Source: Entomortierella parvispora E1425
Lineage: Eukaryota; Fungi; Mortierellomycota
Reading direction: 5' to 3'
Assembly: GCA_020891255.1 (NCBI GenBank)
Contig: BQFW01000004.1
Span: forward strand, 1,550,001-1,614,000
Length of the DNA stretch: 64,000 bases
Shown: positions 10,685-21,260 of the stretch, one piece after another
How positions within the stretch are numbered: position 1 is the first letter of the stretch
Layout: every line of letters begins with the position of its first letter
Position numbers and translations under genes: made by a program
Notes under the pieces: model-generated
The model's input: only the letters and a program-made list of their open reading frames with translations
Told to the model about the DNA's origin: nothing
Database searches by the model: none

Positions 10685-12847
10685 CTACAGATTGTTTCCG
10701 CCAGAGGGAGACTCATTGGTATTGACGGTTGTTTTGTCGCCATTTGGAGCGGCGATAATGAATCTCGTGCAGTCCTTGTTGTGCATAATGTTCACCACAA
10801 AGACATTGGCAGGGATGTTCAAAAGTGGGACTGGAGTTGAATGACCTTCCAGGTAGAAATTGACGAGATAGACAGGGATATCGTAGAAAACGGCATACTT
10901 CGAAGCCTGTTGGAGATGATCTTTGAAATCGGGCTGGCTAATTGCGTTAACCTTCAGCTCGTATCCAAACAGCTTTTGACCGTTTTCAGTCAACATCAAA
11001 TCGATGCGATCCTTGTTCTTCGCCTTTGCTTCGAACAAACACATCATTGTTCGAGGAAGCAGACCGTTGAGCGCAGAAAAAAGCGCCACTTGAAAGCCAC
11101 ACTCCTGGGGGCCATGCTTGTTGCGCACTAATGGATCGGCGACCGTAGAAGGAGAGATACATTGCAATCCAAGCTTTAGCATGTTGATCGGGTCCCCGAT
11201 TTCTTTCTTCGATAGTCGCTTCTCTGGTTGGGGCCAGACAGCGTCGATGCAGATACGCAGGATAATACCACTCGTGAACCGGACAGTCCTGTCATTGCTA
11301 GAGTCAAGGACACCAATGTCAAGGAGGTATCGGTTGAAATCGTCAGGAGTGAACTCCCAATCCTCCAACTGGTTTTTTGTTAGGTCGCGAACGTGCGATT
11401 GTTGTTCGGTGTTCATTGACTTCAGATTCGTTCTGAGCTTTGTTTGGGTCCCGTTAAGCAAAGAGCCGATATTCGCCTGCAGTAGACTAGCCCAACTGTT
11501 CTCGTCTGGGTGATGCTGCAAGATAAGTTTGAGCAGCACCATGAATGAGGCAGGGTGACCTCCGGACTCATGCACGACCTTGTCTTGAATCTGCCGAGTG
11601 ATGCCATCCGTGTCGCAGTGCATCTTGTACAAGTCAAAGAGTCTACCCATCTCCCTGAGATCGAAGGGTGGCATCCCGGCGAAGACAGCCTTATTAAATG
11701 GCGACTCCATCTTTCCGTCGGCGAGCAAGAGTTCCATAAGTTTAAATGTACCCACGGCGACATAAGACACCGCCGTCTTACTCGAGAGATTTCTGAAAAA
11801 TTTCTTGGCTGCGTTTAAGAGAATCGAGGAACGGAAAACTGATTGGAATTCGTCCACAAGAACGTAATGACGAGGACTTGGAGGGAGTTCTTGGAGCTTA
11901 GCCGTCAGGTCTTCCCAGGATAGCTTCTGACGGAAAACTCGGAGCGACCAGAATCGAGACAGCATGTCCAAAACAGCGACTTCATCTTGAGTGTCACTTG
12001 GGAGACCCAAATCGGATATATCGAAATATACAACTGCAGCCTCGACAGGGTTTTTCTCGAGCTCAGCTTGCATTGCCATCAGAAAAGACGTTTTTCCAGA
12101 TTGGTATGGGCCATGAACAACAAAAGAGTTTCCAGAGCAGATACCTCGGCGAACTTCCTCAAAGAGACTCCGTTCGGTGAACGGGAGCATCAATGAGGGG
12201 CCACTCCACTGCACCGGTCCTGCGGTTGTAATATGCGAGCGGGCTCTCTTTACATTGCGATCATCTAAGGCAAGTATTTGAACGAGTTAAAAGGAGCGAA
12301 ATAGAACATGAGATATTTAAAACAGATTCAAAGGTCAGATATACCACAAAGTCGAGTTCGAGAGAATATCACAGTCTACACAAGAGCGTTTAGTGGAATT
12401 CTCACCTTCGGCAGGCAACCTCTTCAAGGGAATGTAATCGACGGCAGAAGAAGACGGAGCTGGGCATACACTTTCATTATTAGTCACATGACCACAGCAC
12501 CCGCAACAATTAGAGAAAGGCAAAGCTGCATTACCTTCAGAGGGTCCCTGGATAAAGATGTACGTGTTGTCATCAGGGCTTTCAGGAAACACCCGAGAGA
12601 GCAGAGTCTTTGGATTGAACAGCCCGGTCTTGTCGTGGAGAGTATCAATCGTAATGTCAGAGTTTAGCATGTCGTCAGGGATGGAGACGCGCCAGAGGGT
12701 GAGAAATGCCGAGGCAGTGCGGAGTTTCAGCTCGTCGTTGATGGTTTTCTTGAGGTAATCCACCGTCTTTGCTCGGTCGACTTCAACGGAGAATGATGTG
12801 GGCTGTCCATGGAGGAGACACCAGAGAGTCAGGATGCTGTCAGTCAT
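10685..12847 (-). CDS. Crinkler (CRN)-type effector: ubiquitin-like N-terminal domain + AAA+ P-loop NTPase + PD-(D/E)xK nuclease-like C-terminus; 3 exons
   Basis: CRN N-terminus (LTLWCLLHG...FSVEV...TVDYLKKTI...LTLWRVSIP...TYIFIQGP). Walker A GPYQSGKT, Walker B VLVDEFQ, C-terminal RIDLMLTE...FGYELKV. Two GT-AG introns join the ORFs in frame. Confidence 0.85.
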
Positions 12848-13373
12848 AGTGTCAAACGAGAGTAAAATCTGGTGATGGGCAGGAAGAGAGGAGGCGAAAG
12901 CAGGCTACAGTACTGATATTCCGCCTCACATGACTCCATGGGTGGTGCAATGTTCTTATTTGTCCAGGATAGCACACAGTCACTATTTGGAAAATATTTA
13001 TTGTGCTTTGCACCTAAAAAAAAATAAACTTGCAGATATCATGATGATAAAATATATATCAATGAACAGTCACTCCGGTTAACCTAGAAATTTTGTAGCC
13101 TAAATGCACGTGACAACACGGGGCGCGTGAACATGGTCGCAGGATAAATAAAATTTCAGGGTGCGTTTTGGAACCATACTGACAAGGAGTTTCTGCGTGT
13201 AGTTGGAAAAAGCATGGATATGTTCGTATTTTACCTGGCATTCGTTTATTTGTAGTATACTTACGAACTTTTTACTCATTCAGAAAGGGTAAAAAGATGA
13301 GAAACAGCTATTCGGACCGCAGTATTTAAACTGCAACGTGCATGTTGCTTCTGAAACATCACCCCACATCCCA

Positions 13374-14530
13374 ATGACCTTTTCAGACGATATTCGCTGG
13401 TGCGCCATTAAGCTCTACAATATAATGGACCTGCCAAGGTCTGCTGTGGCAGTGTCGCTAGGCATTTCGCAATACACGATCACGAAATGGTCTCGTAAGT
13501 CAGCGTTGTTGAGTCGCGTCGCCTTCGCGTTTTTTTTTCTTATTCTTTTTTTTTAGGGGGGGTGTTTTTTTTTGGACATGGACAGGTCATTTCAACAACA
13601 GAGGGAACGTTCACATTGAACATACGCGCAAAAACTCTTCTCGATGGCCACCAGATGTGTTGACTTTCGTCGAGTCATATACCAAACACCATCCTTGCTT
13701 CTTCCTTGAGGAGCTACAAGAGGAGCTTAGACCTGAATTCCAGATCTGCAGAATACATCAGTCTCCACAATTTGCCGTGCTTTACGAAATGATCTGAATC
13801 TCTCGAGAAAAAAGTTGCAGAAACGAGCACGCGAGTCAAACCCACAGGAAATCGAGTGGTTTCGACAAAATATGAAGGAACTGTACCTCTTTCCAGAGCA
13901 GCTTGTGTTTATTGATTTATTGATGAGACGAGCAAGGACGGACGAGCGGCTTTGAGGTCGTACGCCTATTCCACAGTCAATACGCCAACTATTGTAAATA
14001 TTCCTTTTTCACGGGGGGTTCGTGTCTCTGCACTGGCTGCTTTTAACTACAGAGGTTTTCTTGCCTGGGAATTCACTACTGGAACATTCACGCGGGAGTC
14101 GTTTCATGATGCATTTGTCGAGAAGATTCTACCCCACCTTCAACCTTACCCTCTACCTAACTCCTTTGTAGTTATAGACAATGCTCGCATTCCTATGTAT
14201 AGCGAATTCCGGGAAGCAATTGAGAGTAGGAGGGCATTTCTCGTTTTTCTTCCTCCTTATTCTCCCCAATTGAACCCAATTGAGGTTGGTTTCTCTCTAA
14301 CCAAACGCTTCATTGAAAAGAATGCAAATCTTGTTTATGCCAAGGCACCGGAAATCGTTCTAGACCTTGCATTCAAGGCATGTGCAAAAACAAAACCTAT
14401 AGCCATCAATTTGTTTTCGCACTGTGGCTATGACGCCGATGGCCTGAAGGAGAATTTTTTGGACTGGAGCATAGACTTTATTTATACTTGGTCCAGCAAT
14501 AAACGTGTCAATCAAAATCTACACGATTGA
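13374..14530 (+). mobile_element. Inactivated IS630-Tc1-mariner (DD34E) transposase with one intron (13495-13585)
   Basis: N-terminal HTH (AVAVSLGISQYTITKWSR). Triad: FIDETSKDGR (disrupted), VVIDNAR, and YSPQLNPIE with 34 residues between D and E. There is a 1-nt deletion near 13740 and an 8-bp duplication at 13908-13923. No terminal inverted repeats were found. Confidence 0.85.
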
Positions 14531-14859
14531 TATCTTCCATATTCTCTAGCGGGCGAGGGAGAGCGGCCTGTTGTAGATGGACAAGGCCATTCAAGCCATG
14601 CTATGAGAGGTTAAGAGTCGTCCGTAGGCTCTCCACATCCACAAGAAGAGATAAGTCCTCTGGCTTTAATCGAATCCGTTTGAATTGAGCTCCATCTGTT
14701 TTTTCTTGAGTCCATCACCGTCTATCTTCCTGCGCTATTTGTGAACCAAGTGCTGTGCTTGAACGAAAGTGGCGGTTGTTGGGATCTCTAAAGGCTCCTC
14801 TGGATCAGGCAATCGAGCATATTGGGCAGGTCTCTGCGTAAACAAAATCTTTGTAATGG

Positions 14860-15400
14860 ATCCTAGAGGTTGTATCTGTCCATTCTCAACTGTCTATTAT
14901 ATCCTCTGAACCGCTGCCGCTTTCCGTGATGCTGTTGCTCGCTGGATTGTCGATCCTGAACCACCGCTGTTTCCTGAGGCACGAGTTTCGGGGTAAGTCA
15001 AATAAGCGAACATATGGACAACAATGTAAACTTACTCCATGCTTCCGCTCCATGCGCCATGCTCTTTCAGTAGCTTCTTCATAGTTGTCCTCCTCCAAGA
15101 TCTGGAAGAGATTAGCCGGGGAGTGTTTGGACAGTTTGACATTTGGTTTGGCATCGGCCGGTCAGCGCACACCAGGTGGGCGAGTTGGACTCTCGAATGT
15201 GCGCACAAATTTGATGGTAGGAATCTCACATTCATTTGTGCTGCCATGGTGGCGGGTCAGATAAATCGCCGATTTTCCGATTGTGAACAGCAGGAGAGGG
15301 TAGCTTCCGAAGATTCAATTGAATGGTGATGTTCTCTGGAGGACCATCTGATTCGACATCTCTGCCGAGTCTCGGCTAATTCCACGTGACAATGCGAATA
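14860..15400 (-). pseudogene. Possible degenerate spliced gene relic of unknown family
   Basis: A canonical GTAAGT...CTCAG 62-nt intron at 15035-14974 joins two short open stretches (EEDNYEEATERAWRMERKHG / ETAVVQDRQ). There are stops upstream and no recognisable domain. Confidence 0.25.
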
Positions 15401-15490
15401 CGTGAAGGATGCGAATAGATGATTGGCCAGCAGGTAAACTCGCCAGAGAGCCACGAACCGCGGTCGCGCGTCTCTTTCCTCTCTTCGCCC

Positions 15491-15640
15491 ACCTCAACAT
15501 CCTCTCTGCGCCCCTAACATCCCCTCTGCACCCTAACATCCTTTCTGCACCCTAACATCCCCTCTGCGCCCTAACATCCTTCCTGCACCCCTAACATCCT
15601 CTCGGCATTCTAACATCCTCTCCATACCCGTCCCTAATCT
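15491..15640. repeat. Tandem array of about 7 copies of a 19-20 bp unit, consensus CCCTAACATCCYYTCTGCR
   Basis: Units start at about 15491, 15511, 15531, 15550, 15569, 15588 and 15608. The array ends about 30 bp before the Fanzor ATG. Confidence 0.9.
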
Positions 15641-15669
15641 CCAAGTTTATGGACATTGGCTAAGAAGCA

Positions 15670-18600
15670 ATGTCGAGCAGCCAAGATTCCATGGACATGG
15701 ACATGGAGATTCACTTGCTGGATGTTTCTGGCGCCTCTTCGAAAAAGGTACTGGATGCCTCTTACTTTGGACTGTCTGCTCTTATCGTCAGCGAGCCCAC
15801 ACAGTACTCATGTTCCCCTTTTCAGACGACAATTTCGTTCATCGATGATGATGATTTTGTAGAGGAGGCAAATAGCCGATTGTCCGAGCAGACTCAAGAG
15901 GGAGCACTGTTGTTGCAGCAACGCGTGGACTTTCTCTTACGTGATCAAAGCAACGCTCTTCCAGGGGCGGAAAATGTTCAAAAGACTCTGAAGGTCCTTC
16001 AACAGCGTTTTGGGCTCGTCATCGACGAGTGCAATAAGACCCTCTCCGCCCTTGTTGCTGACGTTATGAACCGCACCCGACAAACTGCTTTTGGCTTCAA
16101 AGACTCCGCTGCCGATGACTTTATCAGCCTGACGCCTTCAACGCTCCTTATGCGCAGGCTCGCTCATCTTTTGCAAGTCAAGATCGTTGTCGTCTCCACG
16201 CGCGCCTCTACTCTTGTCATAGAGCCATTTCTCGCGCCTATCGTCGCACTAGTGCACGTCGCTGATTCCTTTGAACATATGCGGACCTACTGCCCACTAG
16301 TTGTCTCAAATGTTGCGCCGCAGGTAATCCAATCGCTACTGCCATCGGTCTCTACGCCATCAATCCTTGCACCAGAAACCTCCGCTCCATCAGTCTCCCC
16401 GCTATCCGTATTTGTGTCCCCGGTTGTCGCACCACCAGTCACCGCCCTGTCAGCCGGTCTACCGTCGACGCAAGGAACACCACTTGCAAAGTATTGTCCT
16501 GGAGCAAGACACCAAACCTACAGAAAAGACAAGATTGGATTTGATCTTGAGGATGCAGAAAGGTGCTTCCTCGGAAAGTGGTAAGTATTTACTGGTATAG
16601 GGAAATGAACCTATTGAACGATTCCCAGGCCCCTAACATCATATTTGTCATGCATATAGTACATGGCACTTGAGGAAAGTGGTGAAAGGCGGTGTTGAGG
16701 TGGCCGTCAAAAAAATTGATGACCGGAAGACCAGCAAGAGAAAAAAGAAAGTCGATGATGCAGATATAATGGAAGCCTCCCGAGCCAGCCTGCTGGAAAA
16801 GGAATCTACTCGAACCCGATTACCACAGAATGTTCTTCAAGACGCAATTAGAGATTTGGAGCAAAATCTGAGAAGACCACAAGGCAGCATATCAGTCAAG
16901 GACTTTGTGGACAAACTTGACGATCGACAGTTGGAGATCTTCAAAGTGTTTGTAAATGACAACTTCGAGGTGTTTTGGCGTGACGCTGTCGAAAGGAAGG
17001 AGAAATGCAGCGCCAACGAGGTCGAGCCGAGAATGAAAGAGGACGACCTAGACAAGGAGACCCTGATTCGTGTGTGCGATCTGCCTATAAAGAGGATCCT
17101 ACGCAAAGAGTTTGACGCCGATACGAAGGAAGCAATCATCGATCTACTCGGTGAGAGTCAGACGCTTCTATCGGACCACATGGAAGAGGTGCAGGCGGCA
17201 TGTATGAAGGCACATGTGGAGGTAAGCTCTGTGACGAACGGTTTTGTTTTCAATATCACGATCAATCTCTTGCTAACATTTTGAGCATTGTTTCCACTAC
17301 AGGTATTTAGGGGCTGTTTGAGTGACGACTGGGAGGATGTAGATATCACAGGCATTCTACCTGCCGGCTTCCAGATCCGCGATCCTAAACTTCAGAAAGA
17401 TCCCGTGGTCAGGGTTGCCAAGGTCTCTCACGACCTCCTGAAGAAAATCACAAAGTCCGAGGACAAGAACGCCGACGTGGTGCCTGATCTACGCGATCTT
17501 TTCAGCCAGAACTTCTTGGGTTTCCTCGCCAAGAAGCTTCTTCCTCCAGACAGGGACTCGGAGCCGGCAGAGAAAAAGCGAAAGACGGAGAAGGAGAACA
17601 ATCACGCAGATTGGACAACGTTGGTCGAGTGTATCCAAAAGACAGCCAGTGATGACGACAACTTCCGAGAAAACGCCGAATGTCCAGCAGGATTATCGCA
17701 GACACTGAACACTCTGCTGAGAACGGCTGCAACCGACATTGCCAATATCTGGAACGGAAATATCTACGGCGATATAAAAAGGGCAGTGGTTCGATATCTC
17801 GTGAGAATTCACTTGCGACCCCTTGGCGAAGAGCGATACCGTCAAAACAAAAAGAAATGGGCTGAAAAAAAAATGCACAGTAAGGCCGCTCGAAAGCCCA
17901 GAAATCGGGTGGAGTCAAGAAGAAGGAAAAAACTTTTCTCTTTATTGGATCAGTTGGATCGGACCGTTCGCAAATGCACCAATGAGTGGTCTGGATCAAC
18001 TTTGATTCTCACGGATCCGACGGACAATGAACCATTGTATTCGCGTGTCGACCGTGTCCAAAGATTGCTCCGTCTCATCAACATAGCCAGCACACAGTCT
18101 CAGGGCTCTACCGATGATGTCGATCACCAGGAGGTTATGTTGGGTGACGATGGCGACTATGACGATGAGGAGATGGATGAGGACGACGGTTTCCGAGAGG
18201 CTCTGGAGGAAGAGGCCAAAGAGGAGGAGGTGAAAGGGGGTAGTGAGAATGCGACCTCTGACCCTTGCCATGCAGCGGCCGCTGAAAAAGGTAAGGTCAT
18301 ACCAATCCCCGACATTGTGTATTTAAACTATGTGGTGTCTGACTTGTACATGATTCCTGTTTTAGAGTTAATGCGGAAAGCGGAGCCAACCTCGAAGCAC
18401 CTCCGCGGTTTGGAAACAGTGATCTGCAAATTACTTGATATCGGCGAGTTGTCGGGGTTGGTCACAAAGGATATTGTACGACAACATCTCTTCGACAGCC
18501 ACACGTTTAAGGAGAACGAGGTCGATGCAGCGGTGAAAATCATCAATGCACTTAGACCCTTTACACCAAAGCCCACATCAGGCACCATCCCTCGACATGT

Positions 18601-21135
18601 CCTAGCGACAGGGCCGTTTGCTTACTTGGCGAATCATCTACTGCATGCGATGGGGTTTGGCGATTTTACGAGGAAGCTCTATCCGATATCGTCTGCAGGA
18701 AAACTTCATCCACTCCCATTGGGATCAACAGGGATTCGGGAGGCGCTTTGTTCATCAAAGAAGGAGCATTTTGATGTTTTCGATGCCGAAGGAACCTTGT
18801 GTTCAACTCAGGCACTTGGAGTAAAAAACGCACCCGTCATATTCAGCGCCTTCTTCGATATGAGTGTTATCCATTCCATCTGCCAAAAATACGGGCTTGT
18901 ATTTGCTGATCGGTAAGAGGGAATGTGCCAAGAGTGAATGACATTGTATTCGAACATTACCAAGAACATGACCATAACACATAACATTTCACTTTGTGCA
19001 CGACAGGCTTCTGTTTGTCGACAAAAACACTGTACGAATTATGGGACATGGGATTCGAAAAGATGCCCCAAAGAACCTGTTCAAGGAAAAGAGGCTTAAG
19101 ACGAAGAAATCGAAAAAGCAGCGGGAGCCTTCTTACAACCAACTGAGGCAGCAGGAACTAGAAAAGGAGGGAATGACGAAGCCACAGGCAAAAAAGATCG
19201 CAGACGACCTTACCGATACTATCAAAGTAAAGGAAAAGGCCCTTCAAGGACGAAACAGAAAAGCAGCTAATCTTGAGAAGCAACTCAAGACCCTGAAGTC
19301 CAATTTTCAGGATGCTCGAGTATCGGTGACCGACCAATTTAAGACCAACATGCAGAAAATGCGTAATGATTTTCATGATGTTCAACGTGAAATATTGCGC
19401 ATGCGGGCGGAAATCAAAGACCTACGACAAAAGAAGTACGATCATAACAAATACTACTCCTCCACAACATCCTCGTCGTCATCGGCCTCTTCAGCACCTG
19501 CCAGCTCCCCTGCCAGCTCGTCTTCCGCGGTCCCTGCCGGTTCTTCCTCCTCGGCCCCTGTCAATTCATCCTCCTCTGTTCCTGCCGGCCCATTCTCCTC
19601 AAATCCCACAATCCGTCGACTTGGTTGCCTCGACAAGGCAGAGTCGATAAATATCAAGGGGTTGGTGGCAGAAATTGAGGACAATAACTTGGATCCCACC
19701 AATAGACAGATGGTATTGATGCCAGGAGGCACGGATCCAGGGGCACACGTCCTCTTCAACACTGTCCCCGTTCCCGAGAGCACCCTCATCTCTATGAAGA
19801 ACAGGTTTGATGTCTTGGCGGGTATTGAACCTGAGCCGCCCGACTATGTTCCTGCTGCTCTTCAGCAGATGAGGTTTCCCGCGGCACATCAGACCAAAGC
19901 GTCAAATATCCGACATCATGGAGGGTTGACTAGACAGTCCCAAGTACGATCAAAGATGGTCACCGAAACGACAATCCCAGGGATGGCCGGGCCGGAGACG
20001 ATATCCGAAGTATACACCAAGCTTGCTGATACTTCCATCACACGAGCAAGCACCTCACATGCCATTGAGGAGGCCCAGGAGCTGCGACGAAGGGTACGGA
20101 AAGACCTTCGAATATTCGAAAACAGCAAGAAGATGCAGAATCTCCGACACTACAAAGAACTACAACTAAGGCGCGCTTATGATCGTATTGCGGCGAAGGA
20201 GAGGAAAGCGTTCAGCCGACAGGCCAACAGTAAGTTGACAGAAAATGAAAAGGGGCTAGCCAAATGTCACAGAGCTGTAGATTGATTGGATTTTTTTTTC
20301 TTCGCCCGTCTAGTTACTGCAGATGCATCCTCGCCACCATCATCATTGCAGTCTCCGCTAATATCTTCTTTGCTGATAACGGCCCCGCCCCGACTTCAGA
20401 CCAACGGATTTTGCCTCAAGTGTGGTATACATCACCGACCTGAACCTACGCTAGATCGAACAAGCCCGGAGAGGCCACGGATGTCCCTCCAACACCTCGA
20501 AACTTGCCCAAAGTCGAGACCAGTTGTGATTCCGCTCATGCTACACGGTGATGCAGGTATGGGTGTAGGGTCACGATTGAAGGGGCACTCGAAAATGGGG
20601 GGGAATAAGGTGCCGGAGAGGCACATGAGGTACACCCCAGTCGCGAAGACCCCCGAGCACAAGTCGTCACAAACTTGTCCATTTTGTTTCCAGTTGGTCC
20701 GTTTAGCGCGAGCACGGAGAAAGAAGGATGGGGAGACGAGATTGGTTCGTGTCCACGGTGCTATCGAATGCACCAACCCTGACTGCGAATCGTACAAGGT
20801 GGGATACACCCAACGAGGACGCGACACAAATGCCGCGGTCAACATTGCATTGGCGGGCTATGTTCTCGTCACATCGGACCCAGAGGACCGAGCCACGCTG
20901 CCACCCTTTGACCCAAAGCGACCCACCTGGTCGCTTTCTTCCAACACCAGATCGACTTCGACTGGGGAACCATCACAGTCCTCATGCACCGAAGCAGGTG
21001 CCATGCAGGAATTGAGTCTCAGCTCAAATTATGTAAGTATTCTAAGCTCAAATGCATTGCTGCTCACATCAAATCAAAATTGGCCACAGAATAACTAATA
21101 TTTTTCTTTGTACTTTTTCTCGAAAGGCACAATAA
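15670..21135 (+). CDS. Fanzor (eukaryotic TnpB-derived RNA-guided RuvC endonuclease), giant spliced form of about 1,652 aa; predicted exons 15670-16580, 16660-17221, 17303-18290, 18366-18912, 19007-20229, 20314-21032, 21127-21135
   Basis: RuvC-I GGTDPG (D at 19734), RuvC-II TPEHKSSQTCPFC (E at 20655), Zn ribbon CPFC...CTNPDC, and RuvC-III RDTNAAVNI (D at 20823). All six GT-AG introns keep the frame, and the exon total of 4959 nt is 1653 codons. Intron 3 is in-frame and the last intron is less certain; the unspliced stop is at 21098. Confidence 0.85.
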
Positions 21136-21260
21136 CACGTTGCACAGCGTTGCGTTGAATGAATGCATCCCGTTTGGTTTGTCTGAGTAAAGGGTCCCCT
21201 TGTCAATATCCAACTGGCTTCTCAACCCATTGCGGAACAAAACAGAGCTAATCGGCGCCG
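21136..21260 (+). ncRNA. Candidate Fanzor omega-RNA region / element right end (boundaries unknown)
   Basis: Positional inference only: TnpB/Fanzor omega RNAs lie at the 3' end of the nuclease gene. There is a small hairpin AAGG-GTCC-CCTT at about 21190-21201. Confidence 0.3.

Noticed and set aside
12850-13340. TA-CAGT candidates (about 12904, 12978, 13066) as the Tc1 left TIR
   Set aside because: No matching reverse-complement was found by eye after 14530 or after the Fanzor; only 6-8 bp chance matches.
15491-15640. Repeat array next to an RuvC nuclease read as a CRISPR array
   Set aside because: The units are head-to-tail with no unique spacers, and the context is eukaryotic.
15491-15640. 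Interstitial telomere
   Set aside because: CCCTAA occurs only once per 19-20 bp unit and the species' telomere repeat cannot be determined here. It is kept only as a hypothesis.
10685-21135. Bacterial contamination or recent prokaryotic insertion (IS630, TnpB)
   Set aside because: The Crinkler, transposase and nuclease genes all carry spliceosomal GT-AG introns.
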